Source: Corallochytrium limacisporum Hawaii
Taxonomy: Eukaryota; Protista; Pluriformea
Direction: 5' to 3'
Assembly: GCA_002811645.1 (NCBI GenBank)
Contig: PDIP01000045.1
Location: 91,801-155,800, forward strand
Length of the DNA stretch: 64,000 nucleotides
Shown here: piece by piece, positions 23,348 to 31,502 of the stretch
Layout of the letters: every line of letters starts with the position of its first letter
How positions within the stretch are numbered: the first letter of the stretch is position 1
The notes under the pieces: generated by a model
Databases searched by the model: none
What the model saw: only the letters and a program-made list of their open reading frames with translations
What the model was told of the DNA's origin: nothing
Program-made: the position numbers and the translations under genes

Positions 23348-24598
23348 TTATGCCATGTAAATCTGGGCAACGCCGACAAAGGCACCGAGGACGCCACCGA
23401 TGAGAATGAGCTTCCATTCGTCCTGCTCGAAGACGGGGTGCAAGACGCGCTCGTAGCGTTCTGGCGGTAGATCGGCCAGAGCTTTGTGAATGGTAGGCTG
23501 CAGTGCAAGTGCCTTGTCGGCATAATCTTTGATGAGGGGGATACCATTGGGTAAATCCGCGATGACAAGATCCATCATTTCCTTCTTAGATTTCTCGTAT
23601 TCTTCGTCACCAATGGTACGGCGCATTATGTCGTTGGCTGGCAGAGCATCCATGGTCTTTCCCAGCTCCCGGAAAATCAGCTTGTGCAAACGATCTCTAT
23701 GAGGACCCAGGGTGATCGCCTTCAACATTCGCTCAGCGGTCATAACCTCCTCGCACACAACAAGCGAGTACTGATATGAGACTTCGGGCTGCCGCTTGAT
23801 GAACAGGCCCTGAAGCGGGTATCCACAGATGTTCCTGGGGTGGATGGGCAGGAAAATAACCTTCAGTGCAATATAGTTGGTGAGGTAGCCTATCGCAAAA
23901 CCAGTAATCGGGAACCACCAGTACTTGGCATCCGGATAGTCAGCCAAAAAGGACAAGACAACCAGATAGAAGACAGTAAATACAATGCCGAGAGCACCGC
24001 CAACCCAGAACCCGGACCGCTCCAAGAACCGCAGTTCCTTGTAGCCGAGCCGCTCGAACATATCAACAAGCAGACCGGGCTTGGCGCTGAAAATTTCGAC
24101 AACCATGTCTCGCAGATCGTAGAAGCTAAGAGGATCGTTGCGGATCTCGTCCATGACTTTCTGGATCAAATCAGGGACATCTTGGCGCAAGTCCTCAAAA
24201 ATATTCTGCTTGTCTTTTTCGTTCAGCGCCGCCCAAACCGCAGGCAGACGCTTGGAAATGACCTCATCCATGGCCTTCTTCAAAAGGTAGTCTCCACGGG
24301 GAGCCAGATGGACCGCAACTTGTTCAGCATCCAATCGTTGGATAATGTCCTTGGGGTTAATGAGCTCCAACATAGTGTCGGTAGCAATATTGGCCATGAA
24401 GACTGCCTTGTAGGGAACAATGCCCTGCCATCCGAACCCGCAGTTATCGAAAGGTGCTACACCGAAGGGTTTCCCGATGCCAAAGAACTTAATAGGGTAG
24501 AAGCAAAGACGGATACCGACGACATTGGTAAGGTAGCCGACAATACCAGATATCAATGGCAGACATATATATGAGATTACGGTCACAGCGTCAACCAT
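23348..24598 (-). CDS. DUF445-like membrane protein with internal duplication (416 aa from ATG 24598)
   Basis: GYLTN...F.PI...GWQGIVP, a second GYLTN...FLPI...LQGLFIKRQ, and C-terminal VFEQDEWKLILIGGVLGAFVG. The upstream in-frame extension runs through CA/GT microsatellites and is not credible as coding. Confidence 0.8.
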   Translation of the reverse strand: MVDAVTVISYICLPLISGIVGYLTNVVGIRLCFYPIKFFGIGKPFGVAPFDNCGFGWQGIVPYKAVFMANIATDTMLELINPKDIIQRLDAEQVAVHLAPRGDYLLKKAMDEVISKRLPAVWAALNEKDKQNIFEDLRQDVPDLIQKVMDEIRNDPLSFYDLRDMVVEIFSAKPGLLVDMFERLGYKELRFLERSGFWVGGALGIVFTVFYLVVLSFLADYPDAKYWWFPITGFAIGYLTNYIALKVIFLPIHPRNICGYPLQGLFIKRQPEVSYQYSLVVCEEVMTAERMLKAITLGPHRDRLHKLIFRELGKTMDALPANDIMRRTIGDEEYEKSKKEMMDLVIADLPNGIPLIKDYADKALALQPTIHKALADLPPERYERVLHPVFEQDEWKLILIGGVLGAFVGVAQIYMA

Positions 24599-24608
24599 GT
24601 TGACGACT

Positions 24609-24834
24609 GTGTGTGTGTGTGTCTGTCTCTCTGTGTATATAAGTGTGTGCGCTCTATAGGTCTGACGAACCCTGCACGCCTCAACTACCTTAAGAACGGC
24701 CAGAGTCTCAAGTAGCTGGGTAGCTCTTCCAGCAAGAAAGTCGATCGCACATAGATATTCTGCAATCCGCCACATTATGCGGCTCGCCAGAGTGTACCAT
24801 GAAGTGCCCCAAACTGCGTGTGTGTGTGTGTGTG
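24609..24834. repeat. Short (TG)n microsatellites upstream of the DUF445 gene
   Basis: TG dinucleotide runs at about 24609-24622 and 24817-24834; a CA-rich run also lies at about 25616-25640. Confidence 0.8.
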
Positions 24835-26874
24835 CACGCTCGTTCGATGGCACTTTCCATATTTTCTGCACGTCCGGCTGGGTACACACCCAATCTCGGG
24901 GACCCAGACGTCAACTGGGTCCACTGCCACAGGAACTACTCGCCGCACTGCAGCCAATGGGTCCCTTTTTTTTTTTGCCCAAGCCATCTTGTTCGGTTTT
25001 TGTCTGCGACTGACAACCGGTTCCGAGATAAAGGGGCTTTGGCGGGCCGGGGGAGCGCACCGCGGGAAGAGAAGGAAGGAAGGTTTAGGGAAATAAAAAG
25101 GAAGGAGAAAGGCGAAGGGGGGGGGGAAGGGGACAAGCAAGGCAGAGAGAGCTTGCAGGAAAGGGGGGAGCGGCCAAGCGGGCCAATTCTGGCTACTTTC
25201 ATCGATTGCGCTCCCGGCCCATCATGACCTGACACCCCCCCCCCCTTTGCACGTCAGCCATTTGTTGCGTACGGCAGATAACGAACATCCTGGAGTGAGT
25301 TTTAATTCTGTGTTTTCTTCTATTTTTCTCAACGTTTGCAAAAAATCTTATCGTCGTTTGTCTCATTTTCCTGGACGTGGCCCCACTCCCTTCCCCTTTT
25401 CTCCCTTGTCCACCCGATGGATTCCAAAGCTGTTCTCTAACGCTCCATATTGCGCATTGCCGACCTGTGGATGATGGGACACGATCACCGTTACCTGTTT
25501 TCTGTTTCTTTTCTTGGGTCCCTTTTGTCTACACAGTTTTCCCTTTTGTTTCCCTTGGTCAGTTTTTGGTCATACTCAGTCGCACGCATACACGCGTACA
25601 AAGCCGCGGTTTGCTACACACACACACGCACACACGCACGACCCGGGGGCGGGAGTTCGTCAGTTTTTGCCTTGTCGCCTCCCCACAGCGGGAACGCCTT
25701 GTGGTGCGAGAGTGGGCACCAGGATCGGGTCGGCAGTAAGAAAAGAGGAAACCACGGGTACACAGCGGAAAACAGGGGAACAAGAGAAAAAAAGGGGAAA
25801 GGAAAAAGGGGGAAGGCAGGTCTGAGTATAAAACACACGTACCAACGAAATCAGAGTGTTGGTATTTGGAGAAAATGGAACCTGGGCCCCGCCGCCCACC
25901 TGCCCTTCCTTTTAGCCCACCACCCGCTTCGTCGCCGTCGTCGCTCGGGTTCTTGGGACCTGTTCGCAAGGGGTTAACACAGTTTCATTATGAATTTCTC
26001 AGGTGGGAGCGTATCGCTGTGGCAAAGGGGACGGAAAATATTGATTGTATACATCATTGCGCATGGCCAGTGGCTGGTTCTTTGTCGATCAATATTATGT
26101 GCGTCCTGCGACAGTTCAGTACATTCAGTATTGAGGTCGGTGGGTTGCTGGGGGAGACCGTGTGCAGTCATTCCACAAGCGAGGGAGTCTTGTTTTAACA
26201 CCCCCCCACCTCACCCCAGGGCACCCCCCCCGGGGGGGGGGGGTTCTTCGGGGAAGGGGGGAAAAGCGCTGTGTGCCGGCAGAACCCGTAATGGCTGTGC
26301 AGCATTGTCGTCATTCATTCCTGGCGTTAGAGGCGTGGTTATGATTACGGACTCTGGTATTCACGTACAAAAATTCATTATCCAATAAAGGGTTTGAGGA
26401 GAATGACAAGAACCATGTGTGGAAAACATGAGTGCGTATCAGGGGATATGGTACAACACAGAGTATGCCTAGATCAGTGCCAGGCGGGAAACCGGTACCA
26501 CGGCAGTCTCCGCCGTGATTGCGACGACTAGACAAGGAACGGAATCAGGTGCTAGCGAGGCTAGAGACCGAGCTGGTTTTACTTCATGATCATGCTGCCC
26601 GGGAGGAGATGGCAATGCTGGCAAAGAGCGATACCGGAGGTTGGCCTCGCGGTAGTAGTTGTTCCTTTTACGTTAACTCCAGTGTGTTGACTACTGCAAT
26701 CTATAGGATTTGGAAGGCACAGCATCGGCCGGAAGCAAGCAGGTCTTGTAGGACTGCCACATAAGAGTAAATTGACCATGATTTTCAGTTTTATGGATTT
26801 ATGACGAATATTGGTTAGTCTGATATGATGTGATGGGGTGTTTGTGATTTTCAATGTATGGGCGGGTATAATGA

Positions 26875-29800
26875 TCAGTTCTTGCTGCGCAGACGAGAAG
26901 AGCGGCGGACAGGAGCTGCCTCGGCATCGTCTTTCACAGTGGCGGCCTTCTTGGGAGCAGAGGCTTTTTTGGGAGCGGCACGCTTTTTGGCGGTGGGCTT
27001 CTCTTCCTCCTTGACGTCTTCCTTCTCGGCGACCATCTTGCTGGCGGACCGCTTCTTGCCTACAGTCGAGGTCTTTTTGGCAGTGGTGCGCGTGGTTTTG
27101 CTCGTCTTGGCGGATTTCTTGGCCTCGTCTTCCTCGTCAATCTCAGTGACAGTCTCAAAAGTCTTCTTTTCGACAGTTTCGGAGAAACTGACGTGTTTGG
27201 TGTTGCTGGTCTCCTTCTTTGTGGTAGCACCACGGGAACGGGTGGTGCGTTTGGTCAAAGGCTTCTTCTCTTCGGCCACAGACTCGTGAATGGCTTCGAC
27301 CGCTTTGGCGGCTGCACGGCGAGTGGTACGCCGCTTACGCTTCTCCTCAACCTCGGGTTCCTCGTCCTCATCAAGTGTCACTGCCTTGGCACGCTTACGA
27401 GAAGCACGCTTGGGCTTGTCCTCTTCTTCCGGCTCCTGCTGGAGCAGCTCAGCGATAGCCAAGGCAGCAGCAGCATCAGCTACGTTCTCCTCAGGTTGCT
27501 CCTGCTTCTCCACTTGGAGCTGCAGGTTGGCCAAGACCTCTTCGGTTGCGGCCTGCACTACCTCATCGGGAACTGTACGCAGTTTGAACCGTCCAGACTG
27601 AATCTCGTCGCGGACAGGAGTGGACAAACTCTTCTTGTAGACCTTGTTGAGCGTTTTACCCTCCTTGATAGATTTGCGGGTGGGAGTGTCGAGACTCGCC
27701 CTCATGACCTTCGTCAGCTTCTTGCCCTCCTTGATGGATACACGGCACGGAGTGTTCAGGCTCTTCTTCAAAACCTTGTTGAGCTCGCAACCATTTGCAA
27801 TTTGTTCCTTGAGAGGGGTTTGCATCTTTTGAATGGTCTCCTCCGCCTTTGGCTCCTCGGCCTCGACCTCTTCCTTCAGATCTACCATAGCAGGCACCGA
27901 CTTGAGAGCCAACTTTTTCTCCTTAATCTCTTCACGGATTGGAGTCGACAAACTCTTCTTGTAAACCTTGGTCAGACTCTTCCCTTCCTTGATGGAGTCA
28001 CGGGTAGGCGTATCCAGACTCTTCTTCAAAACAGCGGTCAGCTGCTTACCCTCCTTGATAGACTCACGGCAGGGTGTGTTGAGGCTCTTCTTCATAACAG
28101 CGGTCAGCTGCTTACCCTCCTTGATAGACTTACGGCAAGGTGTGTTAAGGCTCTTCTTCATGACGGCCGTCAACTTCTTGCCGGCACGAATGGACTCACG
28201 AGCAGGTGTGTTGAGGCTCTTCTTGAGCACAGGATTCAATTTCACCTCCTGGTCCTCGATGGCCTGTTTCAATGGAGTAGCAATCTTCTTGGTTTCCTGC
28301 TCTCCTTCGGCAGTAGGCTCTTCGTCCACCTCAGGCAGCTGGCGTACAGAGCGGAGCTTGCGGCGAGGCTCCTCGCTGCGCAACTCCTCGCGGATGGGTG
28401 TACTGAGGCTCTTCTTCATTGTAGGCTTCAATTCCTTACCAGCCTTGATGGCGTTCCGAGTGGGAGTATCCAAGCTCTTCTTCATGACCGTCGTCAACTT
28501 CTTGCCAGTTTTGATTGATTCGCGAGTGGGAGTGTCCAAACTCCTTTTCATGACTTTAGTAAGCTTCTTACCTTGCTTGATGGAGTCGCGGCAAGGAGTG
28601 TCTAGGCTCTTTTTCATCACAGGCTGCAATTCTTTGCCGCCGGCCTGAATGGCGTCACGAGTGGGAGTATCCAATGCCTTCTTCATAACCTTGGTAAGTT
28701 GTCTGCCCTCCTTAATGGATTCGCGACAAGGCGTGTTAAGGCTCTTTTTCATCACTGGTTTCAGTTGCTTCTTGGTGGTAGATGCCTCCAGTTGCTGGCG
28801 CATCGGAGAAGCCAAGCGAGCGCTGCGGCGGACGGGCGATTGATTGGGCGAATCCACATCCATTGGCTCAGGATTCTGAGGACTCACGGTTTGGTTCACG
28901 GCGTCGACACAAATTTCCTCCGTGGGTTCTGCCATTTGCTCTTTCTCAGCTTCTTCAGTGTCATGCTGAGGTTCCACATCCTCCTCATCAAGAGCTTGCA
29001 TTACCAGGCGCTTCTCCTTAGCGGCACGAATCTGTTTCTTCAGGGGGGTTGTGAGCACACGGCGGTACAAACTGGTCTCTTCGCGTTCACTGCGAATAGA
29101 CGCACGCTCTAAAAGGTCGTCGTCCATGATGTCGTTGGTGATGTCCTCAATTTTGCCCTTGGAACCGCTCTTCGGGGTCGCCAATTTTTTCTTCAGAGAC
29201 GCAGGCATCACGGCAGAGTATACAGGTGCTGGGGAAGAGGGCTCCATACTTTCAGTGCTCTTCTTCAGAGCAAAATTGCCACCGTTGATTTCCTTACGGG
29301 CAGGTGTGGGGAGCGCCTTCTTGTACTGGCTGCGCAGTCTCACATTCTTGGCCTCGATGTCCCTTTTCAATGGGCTGTTCAGAGCCCGGCGAACAACTTT
29401 CTTAATGTCAGCGCCCTTCACAGTAGGGCTGTGGACCTTGCCATCCTCTTCCATGAAGCTAGCAGCAAGTTCCTTTTCAAGCCTGCGCTGGCGCGTCCGG
29501 CTCATCATAGTCCCAGTGCGCTCGATATCCTGGCGCATTGGCGTAGGCATACGGCGGCGACTAGGGCTCAGGATACTCTGGCCTGTGCTGGAACGTCCCG
29601 GTGCCTTCAGTCCACGCTTTGTGGGGGAGTCAGGAGGCATGTTCTTGTCAAACTCCTGAGGAGCGAGTTTGTCCTGAGGGTACCAAGTGACCGACTTGGA
29701 AGGTGAGGAGGGAGCAGCGGTGTCGTCGTCATCGCCGAAGTCAATGAGATCACCCTGCACTTCCTCAACAATGGCCTCATGGACAATTTGCTTAACTTCC

Positions 29801-30540
29801 TCAACCTTGGTGGTCACAGGAGTGGTAGGCTTGGATTTCTTGTTGGCACTGGCCCTGCGACTGGAGCGACCACTTGGACTGGGCAGAGGGTCGTCCGGCG
29901 TACGCATGCCGTCATTCATAAGATCAAAATCACCTCCATCATTCACGTCAACCAGGTCTTCGTCACCTTCCTTGCGTCCAAAGTTCGCCAAACTCGCAAA
30001 GTCAGGGCTGTTGGATGCCGTGTGCTGTCCTAAGGGCTTGCGCTGCTTTGGGGTACCTGCACGGGCGGGTGACTTCGTAACAGCAGGACTGGCGCCAGCA
30101 TTTTCTTCATTGCCTCCGTTAAGTACTGCGTATAGCTCAATTAGCAGCGGACGGTCACCAATCGTGACAACATCCTCATGCTTTAGCATTACCTTGTCCA
30201 CAATCGGACGCTCGTTCACATATGTCTTGGCCGAGCTATCAAGAGGTTCCAGGAACAGGGCCTTCTTACCACTGTCGGTACGGTCAACGTAGAATTGACA
30301 GTGGAAAGGCTGGACATCACCCTTCTTGACCTGCACAGAGCAATCTTCGGAGCTACCGCAGGTGGTTGGTTCATGGAGCTTGGACAAAATGTCCAGGCAA
30401 ACGGCAGTGCGCTTCTTGGACTTCTTCTTCAGACCAGTCAGCTTTGCAAAGGGCTGCAGCGCAGCCCTCGCAGGGGTTGTGGACCTTGAGCGCCGCTTAG
30501 GCGAACTCAATGGACTGCCAAGAAAGCTCAACACGTTCAT
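26875..30540 (-). CDS. Ki-67-like protein: FHA domain, Ki-67/RepoMan-type PP1-binding motif, tandem 22-aa TPx(R/K) repeats, basic C-terminal tail (1221 aa)
   Basis: First ATG at 30540 (aaacATG). The FHA ends VMLKHEDVVTIGDRPLLIE (human Ki-67 VRLKHGDVITIIDRSFRYE). KSVTWYPQDKLAPQEFDKNMPPDSPTKRG aligns with Ki-67 RRVSFGGHLRPELFDENLPPNTPLKRG. A repeat array and a K/A/T-rich tail follow. Confidence 0.85.
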   Translation of the reverse strand: MNVLSFLGSPLSSPKRRSRSTTPARAALQPFAKLTGLKKKSKKRTAVCLDILSKLHEPTTCGSSEDCSVQVKKGDVQPFHCQFYVDRTDSGKKALFLEPLDSSAKTYVNERPIVDKVMLKHEDVVTIGDRPLLIELYAVLNGGNEENAGASPAVTKSPARAGTPKQRKPLGQHTASNSPDFASLANFGRKEGDEDLVDVNDGGDFDLMNDGMRTPDDPLPSPSGRSSRRASANKKSKPTTPVTTKVEEVKQIVHEAIVEEVQGDLIDFGDDDDTAAPSSPSKSVTWYPQDKLAPQEFDKNMPPDSPTKRGLKAPGRSSTGQSILSPSRRRMPTPMRQDIERTGTMMSRTRQRRLEKELAASFMEEDGKVHSPTVKGADIKKVVRRALNSPLKRDIEAKNVRLRSQYKKALPTPARKEINGGNFALKKSTESMEPSSPAPVYSAVMPASLKKKLATPKSGSKGKIEDITNDIMDDDLLERASIRSEREETSLYRRVLTTPLKKQIRAAKEKRLVMQALDEEDVEPQHDTEEAEKEQMAEPTEEICVDAVNQTVSPQNPEPMDVDSPNQSPVRRSARLASPMRQQLEASTTKKQLKPVMKKSLNTPCRESIKEGRQLTKVMKKALDTPTRDAIQAGGKELQPVMKKSLDTPCRDSIKQGKKLTKVMKRSLDTPTRESIKTGKKLTTVMKKSLDTPTRNAIKAGKELKPTMKKSLSTPIREELRSEEPRRKLRSVRQLPEVDEEPTAEGEQETKKIATPLKQAIEDQEVKLNPVLKKSLNTPARESIRAGKKLTAVMKKSLNTPCRKSIKEGKQLTAVMKKSLNTPCRESIKEGKQLTAVLKKSLDTPTRDSIKEGKSLTKVYKKSLSTPIREEIKEKKLALKSVPAMVDLKEEVEAEEPKAEETIQKMQTPLKEQIANGCELNKVLKKSLNTPCRVSIKEGKKLTKVMRASLDTPTRKSIKEGKTLNKVYKKSLSTPVRDEIQSGRFKLRTVPDEVVQAATEEVLANLQLQVEKQEQPEENVADAAAALAIAELLQQEPEEEDKPKRASRKRAKAVTLDEDEEPEVEEKRKRRTTRRAAAKAVEAIHESVAEEKKPLTKRTTRSRGATTKKETSNTKHVSFSETVEKKTFETVTEIDEEDEAKKSAKTSKTTRTTAKKTSTVGKKRSASKMVAEKEDVKEEEKPTAKKRAAPKKASAPKKAATVKDDAEAAPVRRSSRLRSKN
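27571..28749 (-). repeat. Coding tandem repeat, ~66-bp (22-aa) unit, 16 copies in three blocks
   Basis: Unit KKSL(N/D/S)TP(C/T/I)R(E/D/K)SIKEGK(K/Q)LT(K/A)V(M/L/Y). Two near-identical 66-nt copies lie at about 28021-28152. Confidence 0.95.
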
Positions 30541-31005
30541 GTTTGTGTGAATGCTGATTCCCAATCTTACGATTCTTTACCCGAAATGTCTTTTTCGCTT
30601 CCTCCCGAATCCCCGTGGAGTACTTCTTTCTTGCCCATCCACGACCTCAGATCCCTAATTATTCTCTCTCTACCTCCAAATACCTTCTAGGTTGCTAAGT
30701 CTTAGCGTCTACCATGTCAATAGCCCGAACACAATCTTTGGCTACTGTGCTCATCTTAACTGCCTTGCTACAATGAGACCCGACGGACGGGTCTTTCCCG
30801 GTCTTCACCAAAGGAGCTCTCTGTACGTAAACCTGTACTGTGCCTATTTACTGTGCTGTGTGCACTTTTGAGACCCTCCTCATGAACTAACAAGGAAAAA
30901 TCGTCTCAAGGCCCGGCACAGATCAGTTGCAGTGTGCACAAAAATATTATCGGTACATATCGGGTACTTAAGCCGTGAATCCAAGACATGCCCACCAGTC
31001 TGTAA

Positions 31006-31174
31006 CCGCCAAAAGAATGGGCACCTCGCGCCGGCTTCCTCCGCGAAATATTGCCCAGCGTTTTCCATAGCGAGTGGGTGCCAGATCCACCCTTGGCCCC
31101 TTCCCCTTCTCTATGGGGGGGTCTCCGCCACCGGTAACCCCGCTTGCCCTATCTCAAATTTTCGGCGCCAAAAA
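31006..31174 (-). promoter_or_regulatory. Cluster of three E2F-like sites, one followed by a CHR-like hexamer, upstream of the Ki-67-like gene
   Basis: Minus strand: TTTTGGCGG (31014-31006), TTTCGCGG (31048-31041), TTTTTGGCGCCG-AAAA-TTTGAG (31174-31153). Confidence 0.55.
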
Positions 31175-31502
31175 TAAAGCGGAACTAACCGGGTCCTCTC
31201 GCTTTCCGAAGTTCTCGTAAGGACTGGCTGCAGTATATACAGTGCTGCCCGGGGGAGAATACCACCGGTAGAAAACACATACTTTGGCGAGGACCGTGGC
31301 TTGATGTCAAGACGAGGCGGAGGCGAGGCAGTATTGTCCCTTGGTGCGCCGTGTGCTCGGACACTCTTGCAATTGTCTCAAGCTCGCGAGGCAGGAGATG
31401 CATGTATGCACACGCTAAAACGAAGAGTAGGTCCTCACATCTGTTCCAGATGTACGTACGGTGGGATGCTCTATTCTATGTATTTGTATATTGTTACAAC
31501 GG

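Noticed and set aside
24599-24889. N-terminal 97-aa extension of the DUF445 ORF
   Set aside because: Begins at GTG and translates CA repeats (HTHTH). The ATG at 24598 has a good context and starts the first TM segment.
27193-28648. Long plus-strand ORFs (441 aa, 226 aa) and a possible CRISPR-like periodicity
   Set aside because: These are antisense shadows of the repeat-coding gene. The periodicity is a 66-nt coding repeat without unique spacers, and no cas genes are present.
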